A DNA stretch of 46,163 bases from Acidobacteriota bacterium (GCA_026394175.1 JAPKYU010000013.1:1-46163), one strand, 5' to 3'; shown: positions 1 to 8,447, counted from the stretch's first letter. The notes: a model not told the origin generated them from the letters alone. Program-made: numbers and translations.

Positions 1-1
1 G

Positions 2-823
2 GACGAAGCCGCGCTCACCATCAGTGGCGAGCCGCTCGGCCGCCAGCTCGACTGGTGGGAAAAGTCCGAGCGGCGCGCGGAGCTGCGCGAGTTGCTGGAG
101 AAGCGCGATGGCGTCTCGCCGGATTCCGTCATCATGAGCCCGGAGCAGGCGGCGGCCCGCGGCCTGACCAGCACCGTCAGCTACCTCCGCGGCAACCTGG
201 CCCCAGAGGGCGCAATCGTGAAGAGCACCGCCATCGATCCGGCGGTGGTGGACGCGGACGGCGTTTACCGCAAAGAAGGGCCGGCGCGGGTCTTCACGCG
301 GGAGAAAGACGCGGTGGCGGCCATCAAGAGTACCGGCCCGGAGCGGATCAAGGCGGGCGACGTGGTGGTGTTGATTTGCCGCGGGCCGCAGGGCGCGGGC
401 ATGGAGGAAATTTTCCAGGTCACCTCCGCGCTTTCCAACCTGGATTTCGGCAAGCACGTGGCGGTGCTGACCGACGGACGGTTTTCGGGCGTCTCGACGG
501 GCGCTTGCGTGGGCCACATCGGGCCGGAGGCGCTGGCCGGCGGGTCCATCGGCAAAGTGCGCGACGGCGACCTGATCCGCATCGTCATCGACCGCCGCAA
601 GCTGGAAGGAAGCGTAGACCTGGCGGGGACCGCGGAACATCGCTTGGGACCGGAGGAGGGCGCGCGTGTGCTGGCCGCCCGCCCGCCGCGACCCGACCTT
701 GCTCCCGACCCCGACCTGCCCGACGATACCCGCCTCTGGGCGCTGCTGCAGGGCATGGGCGGCGGCGCCTGGGGCGGCTGCGTCTATGACCTTGATGCAC
801 TGAAAGCGCGCACCGGGGGTTAG
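2..823 (+). CDS. IlvD/Edd-family dehydratase, C-terminal part (5' end lies outside the window)
   Basis: The frame is open from the window edge. It carries [34 protein letters not shown] and a C-terminal WGGCVYD, all typical of dihydroxy-acid/sugar-acid dehydratases. Stop TAG is at 821-823. Confidence 0.85.
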   Translation, partial: DEAALTISGEPLGRQLDWWEKSERRAELRELLEKRDGVSPDSVIMSPEQAAARGLTSTVSYLRGNLAPEGAIVKSTAIDPAVVDADGVYRKEGPARVFTREKDAVAAIKSTGPERIKAGDVVVLICRGPQGAGMEEIFQVTSALSNLDFGKHVAVLTDGRFSGVSTGACVGHIGPEALAGGSIGKVRDGDLIRIVIDRRKLEGSVDLAGTAEHRLGPEEGARVLAARPPRPDLAPDPDLPDDTRLWALLQGMGGGAWGGCVYDLDALKARTGG

Positions 824-888
824 CCGCAGATTTCACAGATCGCACAGATCTTCTCGGTCCAATCGGTGCAATCTGCGCGATCTGCGGC
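823..888. repeat. Tandem-unit hairpin (CAGAT-containing units of about 9 nt) filling the gap between two convergent stop codons
   Basis: Arm 1 is GCCGCAGATTTCACAGATCGCACAGATC. Arm 2 is GATCTGCGCGATCTGCGGC. The arms overlap the TAG of the dehydratase and the TAG (888-890, minus strand) of ubiX. Confidence 0.75.
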
Positions 889-1460
889 TAAACTCTTTCC
901 CGCATTCCTTCCCAGCGCTTCACCAGGCCGACATCCAGCCCAAACAAATCCAGGACGCGGCCGACGGAGTGGTTCACGATGTCGTCGATGGATTGCGGGT
1001 GGTTGTAGAAGGCGGGCAGCGGCGGGGCGATGATACCGCCCATCAGCGTCACCGCTTCCATGTTGCGGATGTGGGCCAACGTGAAGGGCGCTTCCCGCAC
1101 CAGCAGCACCAGCTTCCGGCGCTCCTTCAGCGTGACGTCGGCGGCGCGCGCCAGCAGGTTGTCGCACACCCCGGTGGCGATCGAGGCCAGCGTCTTCACC
1201 GAACAGGGCGCGATCACCATGCCGTCAGTATGGAACGAGCCGCTGGAAAGCGCCGCGCCGATATCGCCGACCGGATACCAGTGGTCGGCGAGCTTCCGAA
1301 CATCGTCGGCGGTGTAGGAGGTCTCCCAGGCGATGGTGCGCTCGGCCGCCTCCGATATGATCAGGTGCGTCTCGGCGGCCTGCTCCTGGCGCAACACCTG
1401 AAGCAGGCGGATGCCGTAGATCGCGCCCGTTGAGCCGGAAATGCCCACAATCAGCCGCAT
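888..1460 (-). CDS. ubiX: UbiX-type flavin prenyltransferase
   Basis: MRLIVGISGSTGAIYG at the N-terminus, then MVIAPCSVKTLA and LVLLVREAPF motifs. I chose the ATG at 1458-1460 rather than the longer track ORF (start 1511) because family members begin at the MRL/IVGISG strand. Confidence 0.88.
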   Translation of the reverse strand: MRLIVGISGSTGAIYGIRLLQVLRQEQAAETHLIISEAAERTIAWETSYTADDVRKLADHWYPVGDIGAALSSGSFHTDGMVIAPCSVKTLASIATGVCDNLLARAADVTLKERRKLVLLVREAPFTLAHIRNMEAVTLMGGIIAPPLPAFYNHPQSIDDIVNHSVGRVLDLFGLDVGLVKRWEGMRERV

Positions 1461-1764
1461 GGCACGATTATGTACCATAATGGGAACTGTGTGCGGCGCG
1501 GCGGGCGCCACGGCGGGGCACCAACCGCTACGGCCCCGGTCAGCAACACGCTACCGAACTGGAGAGAGGTCATGCGTCGGCCTGCTTCGCTTTCCGGGGA
1601 CGCTCCCCTGCGCCTCTGGCGCTGACTTCCGGGGCTCCCTGGCGGCCCGACCGTGCCGATGCGCATGGGGCGCTCTCTCCCCCTAGCGGGTCTCGTCGCA
1701 CTCCCCCCGCCGCTGAACCCGCTTCCGTACGGGCGGCGACTGTCGCCCCAGGGCCAGGGATTAT

Positions 1765-1784
1765 TGTGATGCACGCACATCACA
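1765..1784. promoter_or_regulatory. Operator-like inverted repeat TGTGATG-N6-CATCACA abutting the -35 element of the cassette promoter
   Basis: Perfect 7+7 bp inverted repeat read directly from the sequence. It ends 6 nt upstream of TTGACA. Confidence 0.3.
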
Positions 1785-1790
1785 GAACCC

Positions 1791-1819
1791 TTGACAACGC
1801 CGAGAAGCGGTAATATCAA
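1791..1819 (+). promoter_or_regulatory. Putative sigma70-type promoter for the two-gene cassette
   Basis: TTGACA (1791-1796), a 17-nt spacer, then TATCAA (1814-1819). It lies about 50 nt upstream of the GGAGG (1859-1863) and GTG start at 1871. Confidence 0.35.
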
Positions 1820-1870
1820 TAGCATCCAGTTCGCGCCGCTTTCCGTCTCATAGGGTGTGGAGGTTGATGA

Positions 1871-2194
1871 GTGACAGATACCGTTTCGAAAACCGGACAC
1901 GACGAAATTGTCCGCCGAAGCGCACTGCTATTGATGATGCGCGGCTACGAAGTCCGAGCCCGAATCGAAGACTGGTTCGAGCCCCCTGATGTCATTTGCG
2001 GTTACCGGCCGGACATTCTGGCCACGCGTGCCAACAGCTTTTTGATCGTCGAGGTGGAGAAGGGCCCGACCGATTGGCCCAAAATCTGCGCGCTGCGTGC
2101 GTTCAAAAACGGACATGCCGACTACAGACTCGTTGTGATTCCCCTCGCAGCTCAATATGACAACGAGCGCTTGTCAGCCGCCATCGGCGGATGA
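1871..2194 (+). CDS. Small PD-(D/E)xK-like (restriction-endonuclease-fold) protein, 107 aa
   Basis: GTG start lies 7 nt after GGAGG. The protein has an acidic N-terminal helix (HDEIVRR), then YRPDILATRANSFLIVEVEKG. This is a PD ... E-x-E-K arrangement resembling Hjc/YraN-type minimal nucleases. The segment has lower GC than its flanks. Confidence 0.6.
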   Translation: MTDTVSKTGHDEIVRRSALLLMMRGYEVRARIEDWFEPPDVICGYRPDILATRANSFLIVEVEKGPTDWPKICALRAFKNGHADYRLVVIPLAAQYDNERLSAAIGG

Positions 2195-3611
2195 TTGCCG
2201 ACAACGATTCCTGATCGCGGTAGCCAAACTCCTTGGCGAGAACCCGGTCGAAGCCGATCCCTCAGCCTGTGTGCGCATTTGCGAGCGCTGGGCGCTTGAG
2301 GAGACGGTGAATACAATCCTGCGCCCGGGCGGCCTTCTTGGCCTGAACCGGGACGTCTTCAGCCGACTGATGATCCAGTGCGGAAAACGTCCCGTCACAG
2401 AGCACTTTTACCAAGCGTTTTTCGCAAAGGCAGCCACGATAGGGCAGTTTGAAGCGGCTGTCGAGAGGTACCGCGTCAAATGCATGCTCCTGTTCGGCAA
2501 CTTCAAGTATGCGTACCGAACCCTCGCGACGGCCAGTCCTCAAAAGCTCCAAAAACTGCTTGAGCAGACAGAACCGCTGGACCAAACCGAGTTTACGAAG
2601 CGACCGGAATTCAACGAGATCGAACGGATACCACTCGAGGACCGGCACCTGCTCGGCTACATCTCCGGAGGACACCAAGATCTCCTGTTCTGCCTAGACT
2701 TCTTTCAGGTTCTTCAAGGATCTCCCGCCGTCAGCAATCTCGGCGAGCTGGGCCTCCAGAAGCAGGAAAAGCTCAGCAAGGTGCTCCGGGAATATGGCCT
2801 CGCGTTCGATCCTGATCGCATCGCCGAGCCTGCCTACCTGGCGCACGTGACGAGCAGGCTTCAAGGGGCGCTTGACTCCGTAAAAAAGCGTGCATCCGAC
2901 GCCATGGAAATGGGCCAGAGGAACACGCGCAGGTACTTGAGCCTCCCGCATCTCGACGTCTACGTGGCTACGTCGATGGAAAAACCTCAGGATTTTGCCT
3001 CTCAGGACAACTTCATCCGCGAGGTCTTCGAGCACAAGGACATCAAGCCTCTGAGGTTGAGATATTTCGATCCGACTCTGTCGTACGCTGACGACCGCGT
3101 CACCAAGGGCCTAATCGAGGCATTGATGCTCCGTCGTGCGAGGGTAACAATCTACAACGCGGGTGCCAAGGACACTCTCGGTAAGGATTCCGAACTGGCT
3201 GCCACATTAGCGCAGGGCAAACCGGTCATAGTCTACGTTGCGGAGGGTGGCGACGAAGCCGAGAAGGAGATACTAAACAGTCGGGCGAAGAAGTTTTTGG
3301 TTGACCACCCCCTGGGGCTGCAGATCGATGTGAATTCCGGAGTGGCACACGGAATAATCGCCGTTCGCTCCGCGCCACAATGCGCACTGCTTCTCCGCAA
3401 GGTTCTGCTCAACCAACTCGAGCTCAAAATTGCGCACGAGGGAGGGAACTACCGGCTTTGCGAGGCGGACACCGGCAGCGTCATTCGGGTTGTGTCGGAC
3501 GATCCCTTCCTGACCCATGCCTTCTGGACATACTTCCATGATACCCGGCGACGGGAATCGGCGCCCGAGCCCCGTCCGAGTGATCGCTCGGCCGCAGCCG
3601 CAGGCGAGTAG
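2157..3611 (+). CDS. Hypothetical 484-aa protein with an unknown helical N-terminal half and a nucleoside 2-deoxyribosyltransferase-like/TIR-like C-terminal domain
   Basis: The ATG at 2157 overlaps the upstream ORF by 38 nt; an alternative in-frame GTG is at 2271. The C-terminal pattern is LDVYVATSM ... YFDPT ... ARVTIYNAGAKDTLGKDSELAATLAQGKPVIVYV. This matches the beta1 / D-x-G-x-x-x-E / GKPV layout of NDT-like Rossmannoid domains. Confidence 0.6.
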   Translation: MTTSACQPPSADDCRQRFLIAVAKLLGENPVEADPSACVRICERWALEETVNTILRPGGLLGLNRDVFSRLMIQCGKRPVTEHFYQAFFAKAATIGQFEAAVERYRVKCMLLFGNFKYAYRTLATASPQKLQKLLEQTEPLDQTEFTKRPEFNEIERIPLEDRHLLGYISGGHQDLLFCLDFFQVLQGSPAVSNLGELGLQKQEKLSKVLREYGLAFDPDRIAEPAYLAHVTSRLQGALDSVKKRASDAMEMGQRNTRRYLSLPHLDVYVATSMEKPQDFASQDNFIREVFEHKDIKPLRLRYFDPTLSYADDRVTKGLIEALMLRRARVTIYNAGAKDTLGKDSELAATLAQGKPVIVYVAEGGDEAEKEILNSRAKKFLVDHPLGLQIDVNSGVAHGIIAVRSAPQCALLLRKVLLNQLELKIAHEGGNYRLCEADTGSVIRVVSDDPFLTHAFWTYFHDTRRRESAPEPRPSDRSAAAAGE

Positions 3612-3669
3612 CTGAGTAGCAGGGTCGGCCCCCGGCGCTGTGCGCCTCGGTTGGCCCCAGGATCCGACC

Positions 3670-3686
3670 GCACGCGCATCGCGTGC
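3670..3686. terminator. Short GC hairpin GCACGCG-cat-CGCGTGC between the convergent cassette ORF and mnmE
   Basis: 7-bp perfect stem seen in the sequence. There is no U-tract, so terminator function is only inferred from its position. Confidence 0.3.
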
Positions 3687-3713
3687 AGACACTCCCTGCT
3701 CGGCGGGAAACGC

Positions 3714-5147
3714 CTATTTCCCGACACAGAACTGGCTGAAGATTCGATCCAACACATCGTCCACCGTGGTCTGGCCGGTAATCATATCCAGGGGGCGCAG
3801 GGCATTGTACAGATCCAGCAGAAGCATTTCATGGGGCACCGCGGCCTGGACCGCGCCGCGAGCCGTATCCAGCGCGGCCAGGGCCTCGCGCAACAGTTGC
3901 TCGTGCCGGATGTTGGTGAGGAAGGCGGTCTCGCGCGAGCCGTCTAGCCCGGGCAGCACGCTATCGAGAATCGCGCGGCGCAAGGCGGGTATGCCCTCGC
4001 CGGTCAGAGCGGAGACCCGCCAGGCCTCAGTGGCACAGCCTTCCAAGTTGTCCGGCACAGGCTTCCCTGGGAGCGCGGCCGTCCCGGCCGCATCCCCGGC
4101 GGGCGAGACGCCCGCGCTCCCAGGAAAGCCTGTGCCACTCAGATCCACCTTGTTCCAGACGAGGAGCGTCGGCCCTGCCTTGCGGCTCTGCTCGATCAGT
4201 TCCTGGTCGGCAGGAAGCAAACCGGCCGCGGCGTCCAGCACCACCAGCGTCAGGTCGGAATCGGCCAGGGCTTCGAACGACTTCTGAACGCCGAGCGACT
4301 CAGCTTCATCGCGCGCCTCGCGAATGCCGGCCGTATCCACCAGCCGCAGCGGAATGCCTTCCAGGTTGATGGTTTCGCTGACCAGGTCGCGGGTGGTGCC
4401 GGGCGCGGCGGTGACGATAGCGCGCTCGCGCTCCACCAGCCGGTTAAACAGGCTGGATTTTCCGACATTGGGGCGGCCGACAATCGCCAGGCTCAAGCCG
4501 GCCTGCACCACACGGCCGTAACGGAAGCTGGAGGCAAAGGCGGCCAGCGGCGCGCGCACGCCTTCGATGCTCTCGAGGATGCGCGCGTCGGGCAGGACCG
4601 AAACGTCGTCCTCGGCGAAATCGATACCCGCTTCCAGCAGCGCGATCAGGTCGACGAGTTGCTTCTTGATCGGCGCCAGCTTGCGGGCCACCGCGCCGGC
4701 CACCTGGCGGGCCGCCACCCGGGCCTGGTAGACGGTCTGCGCCTCGACCAGGTCGCGGACGGCTTCGGCCTGCGCCAGGTCCAGGCGGCCGTTCAGGAAG
4801 GCGCGCAGGGTGAATTCGCCGGGCTCGGCCAGCCGCGCGCCCAGCGCCAGGGCGCGCTCCACCACGAAGCGCAGAACCACCGGCGAGCCGTGGCAGCTCA
4901 CTTCAACTACGTCTTCAGCAGTGTAGGAGTGGGGCGCGCGGAACCAGGTGGCCACGACTTCATCGACCACCTCGCCGGCCTCATCCACCAGTTCGCCCAG
5001 GCGGGCGCGCCACGGCTCCGCATCTGCCGTGGTCCGCACCAGCGCGCCAGCGATGGCGACCGCCTGGCTCCCGGACAAGCGGACGACACCGATGCCGCCC
5101 CGCCCCGGCGGCGTGGAGATGGCCACAATGGTGTCGTCGGTGTGCAT
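3714..5147 (-). CDS. mnmE: tRNA uridine-5-carboxymethylaminomethyl modification GTPase MnmE
   Basis: N-terminal [23 protein letters not shown]-domain motifs [18 protein letters not shown] and NKVD. C-terminal CVGK. Confidence 0.95.
   Translation of the reverse strand: MHTDDTIVAISTPPGRGGIGVVRLSGSQAVAIAGALVRTTADAEPWRARLGELVDEAGEVVDEVVATWFRAPHSYTAEDVVEVSCHGSPVVLRFVVERALALGARLAEPGEFTLRAFLNGRLDLAQAEAVRDLVEAQTVYQARVAARQVAGAVARKLAPIKKQLVDLIALLEAGIDFAEDDVSVLPDARILESIEGVRAPLAAFASSFRYGRVVQAGLSLAIVGRPNVGKSSLFNRLVERERAIVTAAPGTTRDLVSETINLEGIPLRLVDTAGIREARDEAESLGVQKSFEALADSDLTLVVLDAAAGLLPADQELIEQSRKAGPTLLVWNKVDLSGTGFPGSAGVSPAGDAAGTAALPGKPVPDNLEGCATEAWRVSALTGEGIPALRRAILDSVLPGLDGSRETAFLTNIRHEQLLREALAALDTARGAVQAAVPHEMLLLDLYNALRPLDMITGQTTVDDVLDRIFSQFCVGK
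4054..4136. repeat. 83-bp near-perfect palindrome embedded in the mnmE coding sequence
   Basis: Arm GGCACAGGCTTCCCTGGGAGCGCGG (4054-4078) pairs with CCGCGCTCCCAGGAAAGCCTGTGCC (4112-4136). That is 25 nt with one mismatch and a 33-nt spacer. Confidence 0.85.
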
Positions 5148-5148
5148 C

Positions 5149-5215
5149 GGCTGTGGGCTGCAGACTGACAGCCGTGCGAGGCGCTCCTGCAGCCCACAGT
5201 CTACAGCCTACAGCC
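5149..5215. repeat. GCTGTRG-family heptamer hairpin between jag (stop) and mnmE (start)
   Basis: GGCTGTGGGCTGCAG ... CTGCAGCCCACAGTCTACAGCCTACAGCC. Confidence 0.8.
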
Positions 5216-5217
5216 TC

Positions 5218-5760
5218 TCATCGAGAGGGGGCGTGGGGCTTGGAGGACTGGGGACCGGCGGAGGCTTGCGCCGGGTGGATCACCACGCGCCGCTGCGGCC
5301 CGACGCCCTCGCTTTCGGTGCGCACGCCCGCTTCGCCGCGCAGCGCCATGTGGATGATGCGGCGCTCGCGGGAAGTCATGGGATTGAAGCGGTGGGCGAC
5401 GCCGGTGCGGCGGACGCGGTCGGCGGCCGCCTCCGCGGCCAGTTGCAGCTCCTCGACGCGCATCATGCGGTAGTCGTGGCAGTCGAACAGCACGCGCTCC
5501 AGCCGCTCCCCAACCCCGGCCGCCTCCAGCACCGTGTGTTCCAGCGCGGTGAGCAACTCGCCCTTGTTCTGCAGCAGCAGGTCGGCATCCGCGCCGTCGA
5601 AGTTCACGATCAGGTCCGGGTTCTCGAACTCGCGGTCCAGCGCGGCGCTGGCGCGCTGGATCTCGAAGGTCAGGTTGAAACCGGCCAGGCGCAGAATGTC
5701 CTTCAGCAGCGGCTCGATTCGGGCCGCCAGTACGTCCGGGTCAAAAGTTCTTTCCGCCAT
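5218..5760 (-). CDS. jag: Jag/KhpB-type KH + R3H RNA-binding protein
   Basis: R3H segment NPMTSRERRIIHMAL. It sits in the conserved position between yidC and mnmE. Confidence 0.85.
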   Translation of the reverse strand: MAERTFDPDVLAARIEPLLKDILRLAGFNLTFEIQRASAALDREFENPDLIVNFDGADADLLLQNKGELLTALEHTVLEAAGVGERLERVLFDCHDYRMMRVEELQLAAEAAADRVRRTGVAHRFNPMTSRERRIIHMALRGEAGVRTESEGVGPQRRVVIHPAQASAGPQSSKPHAPSR

Positions 5761-5780
5761 GTCCTTCTCGGCTCTGTAGC

Positions 5781-5805
5781 GGCGGTCCCGCTTGGCGGGA
5801 CCGCC
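5781..5805. repeat. GC-rich hairpin GGCGGTCCCGC-ttg-GCGGGACCGCC between yidC and jag
   Basis: 11-bp perfect stem read from the sequence. Confidence 0.7.
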
Positions 5806-5850
5806 ATGTGGGTCGGCCGCGGCTTGACGCGATCCGCGCGCAATGTTCGG

Positions 5851-7614
5851 CTACTTCGCGGCCAGGGCCGGCTTGCGCGGTGGCGCGGCCCCCAACCCCG
5901 CCCTGTTAATGTACCACTGCTGCGCCATGCCCACGAGGTTGCCGACCAGCCAGTAAAGCACCAGCCCGCTGGAGACGTTCATAAACATGAAGCCGAAGAT
6001 CAGGGGCATGAACATGAACATCTTCTGCTGGGCCGGGTCGGTAGCGGTCTGCGGCGTCATCTTCTGCAGCAGGAACATGGTCAGCGTCATGACGATCGGC
6101 AGGATGTAGTAGGGATCCTTGGACGAGAGATCCCGTATCCACCCGAACCACGGCGCGTGACGCATTTCAATGGAAATCGCCAGAACCTTGTAAAACGCAT
6201 ACAGGAACGGAATCTGGAGCAGCATCGGGAAGCACCCGCCCACCGGGTTGACCCCGTGCCTCTTGTAGAGGTCCATGATCTCCTTGTTCTGATCCTGCTT
6301 CTTGGGGTCGTTGAACTTGAACTTCTTGTATTTCTCCTGAACGGCTTTGATCTGCGGAGCAAGCTGCTGCATCTTCAGCGCCGATTTCATGCTTTTCAGC
6401 TTCAGCGGGAACAGCAGGAGGTTAATCACGATGGTGATGATGACGATGGCCCAGCCGTAGTTGCTGACCACGCGGGCGTGAATCCACTTGAGCGCCAGGA
6501 GCAGCGGCTTGGCGATGAATGAGAACCAGCCGAAATCCAGCAGATCGGCCAGGCTCAGCACGGGCTGGCCCTGGCGGGCGCGCTCGGCGGCTCCCGGCTC
6601 GGGATAGACGTGGCTGAGCACGTCCATGGCCTTGGGGCCGACAAAGACGCGCAATCCGTTGGAGGCCTGCCCGCCCGCGCCCACGCCGATCAGCCCGATG
6701 GGGCTCTGCGCCCCTTCCGGCTGGTACTCGGAACGAAAAGCCGCAGCCGCCGCAACGGTGCCCGGACCGGGCGTTTCCGCCGGGGGCATGAAGACGACGG
6801 CAAAAAACAGGTCCTCGACACCGGCATACAGGAACGGCCCGGAGTATTTCGTGTCTGCCTTGATGTTCTTGTATTCGTGCCGCTCGATCCCGGCTGCGGT
6901 GGCGGTCACCACTGTGGCCGTCTGGTAGGCATCGGCCACGGTCTGGTCGCCAAAACCGCCACGCCAGGCGAGCTGATGAGGCACCGGGGCTCCCGCGTTG
7001 CTCACCTCCGAGAACACCTGGGCGACGTAGCTGTTATGTTCGAAGCGGAACTCCTTGCGCGCCGCCAGCGTCCTGTCGCTGTATTCGAAAACCACCTTTG
7101 CCGGCGCTTGCGATCCGCCGGCCTGCACCCGAAACAGCGCATTGGCCAGCTTGTTCCGCAACTCCTCGTCGTCCACCCAGATCAGAAAGGGGTAGCCGAG
7201 CTGGGCGTCCGGGCCGCGATTGACCAGCTCCAGGGCACGGCCGTGGGCATCCTTGTAACCCTTCAAGGTCCAGCTCTTGACGACCGCGCCGCGGTTGGAA
7301 AAGACCACGCGGTACAGATCGTTCTCGAGCGCGGTTTCGCTTTCCTCGCTGGCCTGCTTGACGGCGGCGGCCAGAGGAGCCCGCTTCCCTGCGGCTTTCT
7401 TAGGCGCTTGCGCGGGGGCCTTGGCACCGCCATCCGTGCCGGGCGAGGAAGCAGGCGCCGAAGGCCTGGCTTGCGTCGCAGCCTGCCTGGCAGGCGCCGG
7501 AGGCGGGAAGAAGCGCTGCTGGACGGGCATCCATAGCATCAGCACCAGCGCGGAGAGCGCGAAAGCCAGCAACACCCGCAACTCCATGGGAAAATCTTTC
7601 TTTGAAAAAGCCAT
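5851..7614 (-). CDS. yidC: Membrane protein insertase YidC
   Basis: Large periplasmic domain followed by the conserved core (GWAIVIITIVINLLLFPL, GCFPMLLQIPFLYAFY). An alternative ATG is at 7587. Confidence 0.95.
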   Translation of the reverse strand: MAFSKKDFPMELRVLLAFALSALVLMLWMPVQQRFFPPPAPARQAATQARPSAPASSPGTDGGAKAPAQAPKKAAGKRAPLAAAVKQASEESETALENDLYRVVFSNRGAVVKSWTLKGYKDAHGRALELVNRGPDAQLGYPFLIWVDDEELRNKLANALFRVQAGGSQAPAKVVFEYSDRTLAARKEFRFEHNSYVAQVFSEVSNAGAPVPHQLAWRGGFGDQTVADAYQTATVVTATAAGIERHEYKNIKADTKYSGPFLYAGVEDLFFAVVFMPPAETPGPGTVAAAAAFRSEYQPEGAQSPIGLIGVGAGGQASNGLRVFVGPKAMDVLSHVYPEPGAAERARQGQPVLSLADLLDFGWFSFIAKPLLLALKWIHARVVSNYGWAIVIITIVINLLLFPLKLKSMKSALKMQQLAPQIKAVQEKYKKFKFNDPKKQDQNKEIMDLYKRHGVNPVGGCFPMLLQIPFLYAFYKVLAISIEMRHAPWFGWIRDLSSKDPYYILPIVMTLTMFLLQKMTPQTATDPAQQKMFMFMPLIFGFMFMNVSSGLVLYWLVGNLVGMAQQWYINRAGLGAAPPRKPALAAK

Positions 7615-7684
7615 GGACTCTCTACTTGAATAATCCTCTTAAAACGGCCCCTGAATCAACCGAAAGGCTACAGGCCATCAAACC

Positions 7685-7745
7685 AATTGCGGATTACGGA
7701 TTTCAACCGCTGGTGCTTGAAATCCGCAATCCGAGATCCGAAATT
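7685..7745. repeat. Heptamer hairpin (NCGGATT / AATCCGN units) between yidD (stop) and yidC (start)
   Basis: AATTGCGGATTACGGATTTCAA ... TTGAAATCCGCAATCCGAGATCCGAAATT. Arm 2 overlaps the yidD stop codon. Confidence 0.8.
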
Positions 7746-7953
7746 ACTCGACGGGGTCGTAGCCGCCGCCCCCCAGCGGCCGGCAGCGCCAGAGCCGCTT
7801 CATCGCCATCCAAGCGCCGCGGACCGCGCCATAGCGCTGGATGGCCTCCCGGGCATATTCCGAGCAGCTCGGATAGAACCGGCAGGCCGAAGGCAGCACG
7901 GGCGAAAGGACGCGCTTGTAAAACGCCAGCAAAGCCAGCAGCAGCGCGCGCAT
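7744..7953 (-). CDS. yidD: Membrane protein insertion efficiency factor YidD
   Basis: [32 protein letters not shown] signature. The ATG at 7951-7953 overlaps the rnpA stop (TGATG). The longer track ORF was rejected. Confidence 0.85.
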   Translation of the reverse strand: MRALLLALLAFYKRVLSPVLPSACRFYPSCSEYAREAIQRYGAVRGAWMAMKRLWRCRPLGGGGYDPVE

Positions 7954-8447
7954 CACGGCGCCGGTCCCTGGCGGCGGGGCCGCCGGGCCGCCACCCAGCG
8001 CCACAGCTCTCGAACCTGCTGTTCCAGGGAAGGGAAAGCGGCTTCCAGAACAGCGCGCCGTGGATTGAAAACGATATGCCACCCAGGTTCCAGCTCCGGC
8101 AGGCTCAACCGGACTGCTTCCCGTAAACGCCGCTTGATGCGATTGCGCTGGGTGGCCTTGCCCAGCGCCCGCGGAGTGGTGAAACCAACACTGCTGCCGG
8201 CTGCATCAGTCGGCAAAACAAACGCCGAGAACAGCGGGCAACTGTATCTCCGGCCGGCCGAATAGACGCGCTCAAACTGGCTGCGCCGCAGCAGGCGAAC
8301 CGAGCGCGGCCAAGGCCTGGGCGGCGGCTGGGGGCCGTTGGCCGGCGGCCGACCGCCGCACCGATCCCGGCCGGGCCCCGCAGTCCCCTCAGACGGTGAG
8401 GCGCGTTCTTCCCTTCGCCCGCCGGGCAGCGAGTACTCTTCGGCCAC
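7953..8447 (-). CDS. rnpA: RNase P protein component (start uncertain)
   Basis: [12 protein letters not shown] and the [15 protein letters not shown] (RNR) motif. The only ATG/GTG/TTG upstream of the conserved core is the GTG at 8447, which lies inside rpmH. Confidence 0.8.
   Translation of the reverse strand: MAEEYSLPGGRREERASPSEGTAGPGRDRCGGRPPANGPQPPPRPWPRSVRLLRRSQFERVYSAGRRYSCPLFSAFVLPTDAAGSSVGFTTPRALGKATQRNRIKRRLREAVRLSLPELEPGWHIVFNPRRAVLEAAFPSLEQQVRELWRWVAARRPRRQGPAP

Noticed and set aside
1461-1764. Possible integration scar, tRNA fragment or direct repeats marking the left border of the low-GC cassette. I also compared it with 3612-3713.
   Set aside because: I could not identify any direct repeat shared by the two borders, any tRNA-like sequence, or any integrase remnant by eye. 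The borders of the island remain undefined.
4948-6522. 524-aa plus-strand ORF. Similar very long ORFs are at 20026-21915 (-), 28758-30803 (+), 24894-26690 (-), 30938-32692 (+), 34627-36330 (-), 36446-37540 (-), 43952-45502 (+), 14475-15335 (-), 15667-16881 (-) and 16320-17627 (-).
   Set aside because: All are antisense or out of frame to genes with unmistakable family motifs (mnmE/jag/yidC, M2 peptidase, recA/VWA, CoA-transferase, M28, YfhO, DmpA, AKR, TPR). Their translations are Arg/Gly/Pro/Ala/His-rich with no recognisable domains. This is the expected stop-codon-poor shadow ORF pattern of high-GC DNA.
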